Source: Epithemia pelagica
Taxonomy: Eukaryota > Protista > Bacillariophyta
Length of the DNA stretch: 64,000 nucleotides
Reading direction: 5' to 3'
Assembly (NCBI GenBank): GCA_946965045.2
Contig: OX337231.1
Coordinates: forward strand, 2,418,001-2,482,000
In this document: in pieces, positions 45,172-56,014 of the stretch
How positions within the stretch are numbered: the first letter of the stretch is position 1
Layout of the letters: each line of letters opens with the position of its first letter
The notes under the pieces: generated by a model
The model's database searches: none
Seen by the model: the letters and a program-made list of their open reading frames with translations, nothing else
What the model was told of the DNA's origin: nothing
Program-made: the position numbers and the translations under genes

Positions 45172-45748
45172 CTTCAAATGATCAGCAGCGGTTCGACTCT
45201 TTCCCATCTCTTTCCTTGTCTCGGATCTGTTCCCACAATTATATTTATGCATCTACTCCTACATCTACTATGGTAATGTTCTGCGAGCAAACCTTAATGT
45301 TCTCCTCAAATTTATCTCAGCCATAGGGTGATTAAGAATTACAGAGCATTCAAACACTCTACCTACTTTCCTTGTTTCTGTGCCAGATGATCGATCGTGG
45401 ACATCGACATCTGAATCTGATGGAGATGACCTCAGGTGGAGTTTAAGGAAAAAGAATGGACGAATAAGCCGCGCCAGTAGTTGATACGGGCTGACGCGGA
45501 ATGCGCGCATGTCGGCCTTCACCCTTTCAAAGCGCTCTTTTTTCCGTTTGTCCTTTTCAGACTCGTGAAATCAACAACGTGTTTCATGTTGATGGGAACT
45601 GTGGAAAGAGCAATCGCTGCGTAACCTTTTCATCCTTTCTTACCGTGAAGCATACCTTATACCTTTTCCGGAGGGATCTTTGTCGTTTGCAGTCACATAG
45701 GTAGTCCTTTGTTTTTGAATCAAGAATCAAAGCAACGATCAGTCGACC

Positions 45749-48700
45749 ATGCATATTCTAAAGATCATAGTCGATGGGTTCAAATCATATGCTCACCGGA
45801 CCGAGATAGATGGGTACGTTGGAAAATGAACTTGCTAGGAGAGCAGCATGAAGCCGTAAACCTCATGAGCTTCTCTCGTCGTTCTTCTCAGGTTTGATCC
45901 TCATTTCAATGCGATTACTGGACTGAATGGATCCGGAAAATCGAATATCCTTGATTCCATCTGCTTCGTCCTTGGCATCACAAACTTGAGCCATGTTCGA
46001 GCTGGAAATCTTTCAGAGCTTGTCTACAAACAAGGACAAGCAGGTGTGAATAAGGCTGTCGTTACCATTGTTTTCGACAACAGTGATAGAGAGAGTAGCC
46101 CAGTTGGATACGAGTCATGTCAAGAGGTGACGGTCACGAGACAGGTCCTCCTGGGCGGCAAGTCAAAATATTTTATCAATGGGAGAGTGTCCCCAGTTGG
46201 ACAAGTTCAGAATCTCTTTCACAGCGTTCAGCTCAATGTCAACAACCCTCATTTTCTAATTATGCAAGGACGCATCACAAAAGTCTTGAACATGAAGCCT
46301 CACGAGATTCTCGGAATGGTGGAAGAAGCTGCGGGGACTCGAATGTACGAAACGAAGCGAGTCGCCGCACTGAAAACGATTGAAAAGAAGCAGGTCAAGC
46401 TCGACGAACTCAACCGAGTACTGGCCGAAGAAATCACCCCCACCTTGGAGCGGCTCCGTGGTGAGAAAGAAGGATATTTGCAGTGGAGCAAGAATAGCGC
46501 AGACATTGAACGAATGGAGCGCTTCGTTGTGGCATTTCAGTACTACGAAGCCAAAAAAGCTCTAGAACAGGATACCGAAGGATCCGAATCAAGTCAGGAG
46601 AAACTGGAATCTGTAAAAGAACAACTCCATGTGAAGACAGAACGGCTTCTACAAATCGAAAATGAGATTGCAGAACGACACGTTCAACTAGAGGGAGCAT
46701 TCAAAGACCAACTCGAGGAAGCGAAGCTAACAGCAGACACAAAATCCAAAGCACTGGTAAAAGCTACGTCAGCATGGCAAAATGCACAACAGACTTCGAA
46801 AAAAGCACAAAGCGATCTTGAGGCAGCGCAGAGTCTTCTTCAAGAAGCGGAACACGTGGTTGCGGCCAAAGAAGAGCAGATTTCTGAAGAGACGAGTCAA
46901 AATGAGCTAGTTCGGAAAGAAACAGAGGAGGCGGAAAGTCGCCTTGCATCTCTGAAAGAAACGTACCAAAACATGTCGGCTGGAATCAGCACTTCACAGG
47001 GTGACGACGGAGGTACTCTACCAGAACAAATCAGCAGGGCGCACTCGGATTCCAAGATCGCCGAATCAAAAGCGAAACAAGCCAAGATGAAAATTGAACA
47101 TTTGTCAAAGGAACTGAAGGTAAGACTGAAGTGAACACTGAAAACATCCTCGAATGGCAAGTACACCTCACACATGGACTTTGCACTCTTCAGCTTGTAG
47201 AGAATGAGCTGTCGAAAGGACAAAAATCTGCGCAGAAGCTCGGTGAAACAAGAGACAAGGCAAAGGAAAAAGTTGAAACTCTTCGGAACCAGATCAACGC
47301 CTTGGATTTCTCTACGGAAGGCTATGAGGCCATGGAGCATGAGCGGTCTGAACTCGCTAGCGCTGTGCATGACTTGAGGAACTCTCTAGATAGTCTCACT
47401 GCACAGTTGGAAAGCCGCCTGGCCTTTCAGTATTCCGACCCCGTTGCGGGCTTTGACAGGAGCAAGGTGAAAGGCATGGTCGCAAAGCTGGTGGATGTGA
47501 AAGACCGGAAATACTCAACTGCACTCGAAGTCGTAGCTGGAGGGAAGCTCCACCAGGTTGTCGTTGACGAAGCAATCACAGCCAAGGCTCTGTTGAACAA
47601 TGGTAAGCTCACAAGAAGAGCAACTATCATTCCCCTCGACAAAATCCGACCGCGACATGTAAGTGCCTCAGCATGCAGTAAGGCAGTCGACATAGCAGAA
47701 AAGCTTAATTCGAAAGCAAGCCCAGCGATCGATCTTGTTGAATTTGACGAAGAAGTTCGTAATGCCATCGAGTATGTGTTTGGTGCAAGCATCGTAGTCG
47801 ATGGAACAAAACCAGCGAATCAAATCTGCGACATCACAAAAACTCGAACTGTCACGGTGCAAGGTGACGTATACGAGCCTTCTGGAACTATATCCGGTGG
47901 ATCCAGTAACCAGGCTGGAAGAACATTGGCCGATCTCAACGAAGCCCGCGAATTCTCGGCGCAACTTGATTCGAAGTCGAAACGTCTTGAAACTCTTGAC
48001 TCCAAACTTAGAGAATTAAAGTCAAGACACCGCGAATACGAGAAACTGTCAGAGCGGCTTGTCGTTGCGGAGGCAGAGCTTGCTACAGTTATAAAGAGTC
48101 TTTCACAAACTAGTACGGGCATTCTCCTTGAGAAACGTGAGCGAATGATGAAAGAGATTCAAGACGCTGAAACTGAATACGAAGAAATGGAGAATGAAAA
48201 AGATGATAAATGGAACAGGTACACACAGCTTCAATCACAAGAAACGGAGTTGTCGCAGGAACGTGAGCAAAAGTTTGAAAAAATTGAACGTGAAATGAAA
48301 GACGCAAAGGCCGACCTTGATAGAAAACTGAAGCTATCGAATGAAGTAAGTACAGACAGTCTTCACGCCTTCGACACTGATAGGCCTCTCACTTTTGTTG
48401 CGAGAACAAACAGGCAGACGCCCGATCCCAAACACTATCCCTGGAACTGGAAAGTCTTCGATCTGAACTTGGTGCAGCTCGAGACGCGGTATCTGTTGCA
48501 ATGAAAACTGTGGAATCCGCTAATGAGTGCGAATCCGATCTCGAAATGCAGGTGGGCCATGCCCGAGCATGTTATGAAGAAGAAAAGAGTGCTTTAGAGG
48601 ATATCAAACGACAGATGGAAAGCCAGCAAGCCGATCTTGTGTCTCTCAGCCAAGAACGATCCACGCTTCAGAAAGCTGCAGGAAAAGACGAAATCGAAAT

Positions 48701-49610
48701 TAAGAAGCTCACAGCAGAAATCTCCAGGGTAGAGAAAGAAAGGGCGGCAGCAGAAAAACTTGTGTCATCAATCGAAAGCAAACATCTTTGGATTGCCACA
48801 GAGATGAGCTCATTTGGTGTGAGGGGTGGGGACTATGACTTCGAATCACATGACCCAAATGAAGCAAATGTCGCCTTGAAAAAGCTTCAAGAAGAAACAG
48901 AACAATTGTCGCGAAAAATCAACAAGAAAGTAATGGGCATGATCGAAAAAGCAGAAACAGAGTACATGGACTTACTACGAAAACGGAAAGTGGTCGAGAA
49001 CGACAAAAAGAAGATCCAAGCTGTAATTGAGGAGCTTGATATCAAAAAGAAGGCCGAGATTGAAAGGACATGGCGCAAAGTCAACAAGGACTTTGGTTCC
49101 ATTTTCTCAACACTTTTACCCGGTGCCTCTGCCAAGCTAGAACCACCCGAAGGTATGGAATCATGGGAAGGACTTGAAGTCAAGGTTGCCTTTGGTGAAG
49201 TTTGGAAGGAAAGTCTAAGCGAATTGAGTGGGGGGCAGCGATCGCTTTTGGCTCTTTCACTTATCCTGGCCATGCTTCTGTTCCGTCCAGCTCCAATGTA
49301 TATTCTCGACGAAGTCGATGCTGCACTTGATCTCAGTCACACGCAGAACATTGGGAATATGCTCAAGACACATTTCTCACAAAGTCAATTTATCGTGGTA
49401 TCTCTCAAAGAAGGAATGTTCAATAACGCAAATGTCATTTTCAAGACACGATTTGTCGATGGGATTTCCACCGTCACCAGAACAATCGGTTCTGGATCCA
49501 GTCGAGCAACCAATGCTACCGGAGCTCTCACGGAACACTTGGGTTCCCGCAGCAAGATTGCTCACTCTCGTGAAACTGATCCAAGCAACAAAGAAAATAT
49601 GATGGAATAA
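45749..49610 (+). CDS. SMC2: Condensin subunit SMC2 (multi-exon)
   Basis: [14 protein letters not shown] | [42 protein letters not shown], hinge [12 protein letters not shown], and [12 protein letters not shown] / [15 protein letters not shown]. Confidence 0.96.
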
Positions 49611-49698
49611 TGAGTTCTCGTAACCGCAATTATTAGCACTTTAGAGTTGATCAATCATCTGTCTTACAGTTGTAATTATGTCATTATCCTACAATGGC

Positions 49699-52227
49699 CT
49701 ACGTATTGTTTCTCACATCTGCGACGACTTTCTCTATGAGAGCACAAGCCGTCGCAGGTGTCGTCTGTCTTAAAGCGATATTGATACGACGCACCGCATT
49801 CAGTGTCTGCATTTGCACAGCAGGATCAGCACTCATAGCTCTTTGCACCAGCTCGCCACAAGCAGACCATATGTTCGTTCCTATATTCAGTTCTGCAGTT
49901 CGACCAGCACTCTCCCTTGGCACTTGTTTCGCCTCTTCGATAGGCGTGTTGGCAGCGTTATTGGCGGGTAAAGACTCGTGAGCAGTAGCCCTCTCGTCTT
50001 GATCATAGTCCTCGGGAGTCTCAGGCTCATCATCCCCGTCATTATTCTCATACTCCGTTTCTTGTTTCGAAGCCTCCTTATCAACATCATCCACTATGTT
50101 ACCGGCATTTGTAGCACTCTTGCCATCTCCTTTCGAAGCTCCATCCTCGGAGGGCCCAGGCCTATTCTTTCGCGATTCCCGCCGTCGATCGTGTTCCTTC
50201 GCGACTCCCAATATGGGCACATACGTCTGGGTTTTTGGCTCATAGACGAAGGATTCCGAAAAATCCGGGAACCACAAACAAAATGTCTCTCGAAGGCATT
50301 TGATATTGGATAAATTATCGCGCCAGTCACCCGAAGTGCCGTATAGTGGTCCGTATGTGGCCATGAGATCTTTCATGGTTTCTCCAGAGAGTTTGAGTGG
50401 ATCCTCCATATGCTCTTCTTTCTCCTCAGGTGGCTTATCGGTTTCAGTTGCTTCTTCCCCATCACTTTCTTCCTCCTCAAGAAGACTTTTGGCTACCGTA
50501 TGAGCCTGTGCCCGTAATCTTGCAACTTGTCGTCGCTTCATCTCCCCCTCGACCCCCAATCTGGGTTCATAAGAGTTGGTTTGAGGATCATACACGAACG
50601 TCTTGGCAAAATCAGGGAACCAGCGACGAAACCTCGTGCGAATCGATTTCATATTTGACTCAGTATAATCACGATTTCGGGCATCAAAGTGCAACGGCCC
50701 GTACTTTTTCATGAGTTCTATCATGGCTGTTCGGGAAACGACATGAGTTTGACAAGCATATTTTCTTAGAGCCTCATCACTTTCATCGTCGCCCTCCGTC
50801 GTGGCATCCCCTAGAGAAGCAGTATCCTGTTCATCAGGCGGCTTGGTGGCCTTGGACTTTGAAGAAAGCAATTTCTGTACCTGATCCTTTTTCATCATTA
50901 CTTTCATTCTCGACTGTTCACGTCGCTGAAGTTCTTTCTCCACGCCAAGCCTGGGTTCATAGGTGTCTGTTTCGTGATTATACACAAACGACTCCGCAAA
51001 ATCGGGGAACCAGCGACGAAACCTCACCCGAATGGTTTTAACATTTGACTCAGTATAATCACGAAATCGGGCAGTAGAATGCAGCGGTCCGTACTTTTTC
51101 ATGAGTTCTATCATGGCTGCCGCTGGAATTGGAATGGCAAAAGATTGACGGGCGTGTTTTTCTAATGGCTCATCACTTTCACCGTCGTCCGTCGCGCAAT
51201 CCCCATCAGGCTGCTTCGTAGTCTTGGACTTTAAAGGCTGCTGTCTCAACTTCTGCGCCTTTTCCTTTTGCATCATTACTTTCATTCTCGACTGTTCACG
51301 TCGCTGAAGTTCTTTCTCCACGCCAAGCCTGGGTTCATAGGTGTCTGTTTCGTGATTATACACAAACGACTCCGCAAAATCGGGGAACCAGCGACGAAAC
51401 CTCATCCGAATGGATTGTACATTTGACTCAGTGTACTTGTAATCATGAAATCGGGCAGTAGAATGCAGCGGTCCGTACTTTTTCATGAGTTCTATCATGG
51501 CTGCCGCTGGAACAGCACAAGATTGACGGGCGTGTTTTCCTAATAACTCATCACTTTCACCGTCGTCCGAAGAGCCATCCCCATTAGACGGCTTGGTGGT
51601 CTTGGACCTTAAAGGTAGCTGTCTCAACCTCTGTGCCTGTTCCTTTTGCATCACTACTTTCATTCTCGACTGTTCACGTCGCTGAAGTTCTTTCTCCACG
51701 CCAAGCCTGGGTTCATAGGTGTCTGTTTCGTGATTATACACAAACGACTCAGCAAAATCGGGGAACCAGCGACGAAACCTCACCCGAATGGTTTTAACAT
51801 TTGACTCCGTGTACTTGTAATCACGAAATCGGGCAGTAGAATGCAGAGGTCCGTACTTTTTCATGAGTTCTATCATAGCTGCCGATGGAATTGGAATGGC
51901 ATGAGATTGACAGGCATACTTTTCTGATGGTTCATCACTTTCATTCATGAGATCCTCCATATTTTCGTCTGGGATAGAATCCACCCCGGCGGAAGGTGCA
52001 TTGTTATCATTATTATTTGTGTTGGTACTATTGTTGGTCTTGTTCTGGTCGGTCACCGCCGCCGAGTTACCTCTGAGAGAGGATAGCTTGGCAAGTGCTG
52101 GTTTCTTTCGACTACATAGTGGTGACTCTTCAAGAGCTCGCTTGGCCTTGTCCCTTCGTCTAGAGGTTTTCGTCTTCGTTGCAGTTTCAGAAGTAGCAAT
52201 AGCTGAAGCCGTCGTCGACAGCGACAT
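49699..52227 (-). CDS. Uncharacterised 842-aa protein with 4 near-identical plus 1 degenerate tandem domains
   Basis: Repeated unit AMIELMKKYGPLH...RFRRWFPDF...FVY...YEPRLGVEKE. Confidence 0.85.
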   Translation of the reverse strand: MSLSTTASAIATSETATKTKTSRRRDKAKRALEESPLCSRKKPALAKLSSLRGNSAAVTDQNKTNNSTNTNNNDNNAPSAGVDSIPDENMEDLMNESDEPSEKYACQSHAIPIPSAAMIELMKKYGPLHSTARFRDYKYTESNVKTIRVRFRRWFPDFAESFVYNHETDTYEPRLGVEKELQRREQSRMKVVMQKEQAQRLRQLPLRSKTTKPSNGDGSSDDGESDELLGKHARQSCAVPAAAMIELMKKYGPLHSTARFHDYKYTESNVQSIRMRFRRWFPDFAESFVYNHETDTYEPRLGVEKELQRREQSRMKVMMQKEKAQKLRQQPLKSKTTKQPDGDCATDDGESDEPLEKHARQSFAIPIPAAAMIELMKKYGPLHSTARFRDYTESNVKTIRVRFRRWFPDFAESFVYNHETDTYEPRLGVEKELQRREQSRMKVMMKKDQVQKLLSSKSKATKPPDEQDTASLGDATTEGDDESDEALRKYACQTHVVSRTAMIELMKKYGPLHFDARNRDYTESNMKSIRTRFRRWFPDFAKTFVYDPQTNSYEPRLGVEGEMKRRQVARLRAQAHTVAKSLLEEEESDGEEATETDKPPEEKEEHMEDPLKLSGETMKDLMATYGPLYGTSGDWRDNLSNIKCLRETFCLWFPDFSESFVYEPKTQTYVPILGVAKEHDRRRESRKNRPGPSEDGASKGDGKSATNAGNIVDDVDKEASKQETEYENNDGDDEPETPEDYDQDERATAHESLPANNAANTPIEEAKQVPRESAGRTAELNIGTNIWSACGELVQRAMSADPAVQMQTLNAVRRINIALRQTTPATACALIEKVVADVRNNT
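50170..51910 (-). repeat. Coding tandem repeat array, periods 390/384/378 bp
   Basis: The anchor ATGAGTTCTATCAT recurs at 50711, 51101, 51485 and 51863. A diverged fifth unit lies around 50170-50380. Confidence 0.95.
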
Positions 52228-52346
52228 TAGGAGTGTCCGTATTTATGGAGACTGGAGACGCATACCCAATTGTACTCCTGGCCACTTGCCATTAGCCATT
52301 AGCCATTACCTCGGTTTTGTTGGCCAAGTCGCGGTAAAATCGCACC

Positions 52347-52466
52347 TTCTGATGGCCATTTGACCGACAATTTTGCGATGACTAGAAATAGTCGACCTGG
52401 GTAGCTCCGTAGTAATTGGTAATGATCAGCGTCTTGAAAGTTATGTTGGCCGAATGGCCATCAGAA
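52347..52466. repeat. 23-bp imperfect inverted repeat (20/23) enclosing 74 bp
   Basis: TTCTGATGGCCATTTGACCGACA (52347-52369) versus TGTTGGCCGAATGGCCATCAGAA (52444-52466). Confidence 0.75.
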
Positions 52467-53486
52467 TTTCTGGTAGGTAAGCTACGTACAGACCAGATTC
52501 GGCAATGGAATCATTCTAACTGCAACAGACCATATCTAGAGTAGTGTCTGCGAGTACCTACTAGCTAGAACAATGCAATCGAAGTAGATACGAAAGGCTA
52601 CTGGCAATAGAGTAGCTTGCCGTAGATGATACGGACTGTCTCTCTTGTGGTTGTCACTACATTGTGTAGAACAGAAAAGGGAAAGGATGAAAGCAGAGCC
52701 CATACCATGTAGGTCGACTTGAGGATGCCCCAGGAAAGAGGCATGTCCGGCAGGATCCCTTGCCAGCACCACCCATGTCACCAGTGGATCAACAACCAAC
52801 CATGGAGATGTATGGGGTAGGGGGTGAGTGTCTAATGATACAACAGTGTAGTCCAATTTAGAACTGTTCTACGGTTAGCCGGACTCTTTGCTTCCCTGTC
52901 GGTTTTAAACTAGCCATGTTGATTGATGAGGATTCATCTACTGGCAACCAATGGAAATATACAAGAACAAGGCAGACACTAGAGCTATACATTATACTGG
53001 GAGTAGGCAGAGAAGGTTGATACCTCTCATACGATAGCTACCAGAACAATCTTGTTTCTCGTCTGGTTCAAGGATCTCCCGGAACTCAAAGTATGTGGAT
53101 TGCCACCACGGAATGGTAAAGTGGGTGGTAGTTCTTGGTCGTCTTATTGTAGAATTGTAGTTGTAGTGGGGTGGATGGGGTGGGTGTTGGAAATGCGACT
53201 GAAGCAAGCGGCGGAACGCTCAACTCGTGACTGAAGAACGAGTTACCGGCCAATCTACCATAAACTCCGCCGCATTTCACGCAAGCACTATCAGTCCAAA
53301 GTCATGCCCATTGCCCATTGCGCATGCCTGACAAGGGAGAGCGACCTAATGGTGACCCCTTAGCCCTACGTCAGACTCGCAATCGTCAGTACCAAGTCAG
53401 TGCCAACGCACACCATATCTTTAGGCCCTACTACATTTCGTAATACATTTACTTAGTCATAATTTTTACAAACCATTCCCTTTTCA

Positions 53487-54056
53487 ATGCCCAAGCAATC
53501 CAATCAAAGAACCGCAAGTACAGCGGCCAATAAGAGAGGCAAGAAACGACCCGCGAGAGTTCCACAATTGGTGTTGGAGGCGGCGGAAAAGGCTGGGGCC
53601 GTCCGTGAAAATTGTCCCGGGGAAGACCTGTGCATTATGCGAATGACATACGGAGACCCAGCTTGGAATGTCTTCAAGGAATGGATCGATCAATTGGATG
53701 CGGACCCTGGAGTGCTGGCAATTTTTGCTCCTTCCGCAGCCATTGCGAACACGGTACTGACGCCCGGCAACGGACTCGCCGTTCAAAACGAAGCCAATTC
53801 AATCATCAACCACTATGCTCCTCTGTTGGAAGCAGACTTTCCCAATCCTAACATACCGGGCCCTCTCGTCGCTCCCATTATGCCCATCAATGTTCATCAC
53901 GCCAAGATTGCCTTGAACGGAATTTTTGAGCGCATTCAGTCTATCCAAGATGCAAACTATCCTGTTCTTTCGAACCTTCCTTCTGGATCCTACATTTGCA
54001 ATGTTCTCATTCAGTGGGCAAATGTAGCCCACACGACGGCGCTCTTTAAGCCTTAG
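53487..54056 (+). CDS. Hypothetical 189-aa protein with a basic N-terminal arm
   Basis: ATG-initiated ORF after an AT-rich leader, with protein-like composition. No recognisable domain. Confidence 0.55.
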   Translation: MPKQSNQRTASTAANKRGKKRPARVPQLVLEAAEKAGAVRENCPGEDLCIMRMTYGDPAWNVFKEWIDQLDADPGVLAIFAPSAAIANTVLTPGNGLAVQNEANSIINHYAPLLEADFPNPNIPGPLVAPIMPINVHHAKIALNGIFERIQSIQDANYPVLSNLPSGSYICNVLIQWANVAHTTALFKP

Positions 54057-54652
54057 CGAGAGGAAAGGTCTTACTCGGACACGTCTGGTATTGCAAAGCA
54101 GAGGGAGAACAGTCAAACTTGAGAAGGAGTTTAGTTCGGCATCTCAAAGCCCCCTTGGCTTGGCAAAGATTCAGTTTCGTTCGTCACCAGCCCATCGACT
54201 CCTCCAACGTTTTCAAGGCGGCGGAAAGAAGGAACAACAGGCAGAGGCCTCTTCCACAAATCCAACATCGGATACGCATACCAAGCCCAAAAGCCAAAGG
54301 AGCTTTGCTTCACTCAAAAACTTGACATCTCCTTTGTGACGACGGGTAGTTTTCACGCATCGAAGCCAGAGATAGTCTTTTCCTTTTTCAGCAAGACACA
54401 GTCCCTCTTGGTTAATAAGGCCTACTACAGAACGAGAAATTTTAGGCCAATGCTTACAAGTCGCCAATGACATCGCGCCAACATTCCTCTAGCTAGGGCC
54501 CAACAATCCGCAAATTACGGTAGTAGACCCTATTCTACGCATACTTCGGGTGGGCGGGCTGATCCGACTCGCGCGCACTCCTGTCCAATGCTACCCCAGC
54601 TACCTCTTCTTCCTTGACAAGTCGTCATAGTGCGAACTATATTTCCTTTGCC

Positions 54653-55621
54653 ATGATGATGATCGTATTATTCTTTTTCGTGCAAGTATCCAAGCAGTTT
54701 TCCGTGCCGCCCTGTAGCGTATGGACGAGGCATCGAGGATGGAATAGTCCGACGTCGTCTGTGAAGCATCAAAACTTTTGTTCGGCACAGGATAGCGTGA
54801 CGAGAGCCAAGGAGGCCTTCTCCAAACTGGCCATTTCCACTCGGACCTGGAGGCGATTTGAACACGTGGTGGAACTTGTCGTGCAAGCACAAGGTGACCA
54901 AGAATGCCAATCCTTTGTGGACGTGGGGACAGATCATGGAATACTCGCGCTAGGAATGGCGTTGACAGGATGTTTTGACAAGGTGATTGGAGTTGATGCC
55001 TCGGCGGAAGCTCTAGAAGAAGGCGGACTCAAGTTACAGCAAAAGCTGCTAGACATCCACAAACCAACTGTGGAGCAATCTCTGGTTGACTTTCGTTGCG
55101 GCGACGGCCTCACTGCACTGGAGCCTAAGGAAGCCGATGTGGTATGTATTGCAGGAATGGGAGTCGTCACCATGGCGGACATTCTTTGTTCCAGAAAGGA
55201 TCCACCACCTCTTCTTTTGGACGAATTGCAAAGCAGTGCCTTGGTCCTTCAACCAACCAATACCAAACCTCGTAATCTTTGTTTGTTGTATCAAGCCCTT
55301 CATAACATTGGGTGGATGCCCCAACAAGAACGGATCCAGTACATATCCGGGCGGTGGTATATCACGTCCTTGTTCTATCGTCAGCGTTCGGTCCAATCCG
55401 TCATCCACAACAACAACGACGACAATCGACAAGTAGAACCAATTGTGCCATGCTCACTTGTTGCTCAAGATGATCCGGCGACAGACAAGTCGGAATCTTT
55501 CACGCTTCTCCGTCAGTATGTACAACACCACCGAAATTGGATACAAAGTAATCAGAAATATTCTGGAAATAGGCCGACGGAGGGTGAAATCCACTGGCAT
55601 GAATACTTTAATCACTTTTGA
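54653..55621 (+). CDS. trmK: TrmK-like tRNA m1A22 methyltransferase, probably organelle-targeted
   Basis: DVGTDHG, GDGLTAL, CIAGMG, LVLQP and ERIQYISGRWY. Hydrophobic signal-like N-terminus. Confidence 0.8.
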   Translation: MMMIVLFFFVQVSKQFSVPPCSVWTRHRGWNSPTSSVKHQNFCSAQDSVTRAKEAFSKLAISTRTWRRFEHVVELVVQAQGDQECQSFVDVGTDHGILALGMALTGCFDKVIGVDASAEALEEGGLKLQQKLLDIHKPTVEQSLVDFRCGDGLTALEPKEADVVCIAGMGVVTMADILCSRKDPPPLLLDELQSSALVLQPTNTKPRNLCLLYQALHNIGWMPQQERIQYISGRWYITSLFYRQRSVQSVIHNNNDDNRQVEPIVPCSLVAQDDPATDKSESFTLLRQYVQHHRNWIQSNQKYSGNRPTEGEIHWHEYFNHF

Positions 55622-55827
55622 TGACACTCATCAATGGACGATGCCACAGTAGATTCTTTGGAATCTTGGTATTGGCCTGTTTTGTGTGCCTACGACTATC
55701 CAATTGTACGGCTTCGTCTTTGAGCATGATCGTATGCGCCACTGTTCTGTTCTAAAGTGTAACTGTTCACTACTACCTACGTAGCATTTGTTTTACAAGG
55801 GTACCTTTGAACTGAAGAGACTGAGTT

Positions 55828-55888
55828 TTGGTATCATTTATTGTCAAGAGACGTTCCGGCTCTGAAACGCCTCTGTCATTCATACCAA
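55828..55888 (-). promoter_or_regulatory. SECIS element in the 3' UTR of the thioredoxin reductase gene
   Basis: Helix I TTGGTAT/ATACCAA; core AUGAC...UGAC; 11-bp helix II AGAGGCGTTTC/GGAACGTCTCT; loop AGAGCC. Lies ~140 nt downstream of the in-frame UGA. Confidence 0.85.
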
Positions 55889-56014
55889 GTCCCACACATG
55901 CCTCAACCGTCATGTACATTCACTGGAGTGGACTCTTGTCCACTTCATAGCCCTTCGAGAAAGCCTGGAAGACAAAAATTGATTTCGTCTCCAGACTAAT
56001 GTTCATCGAAGGGC

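Noticed and set aside
50170-51910. CRISPR-like array
   Set aside because: The units are ~380-bp in-frame coding repeats with no unique spacers or cas genes.
53445-53460. TAATACATTTAC as a CRESS-virus nonanucleotide origin next to the orphan ORF
   Set aside because: It does not match NANTATTAC, has no flanking stem and there is no Rep gene.
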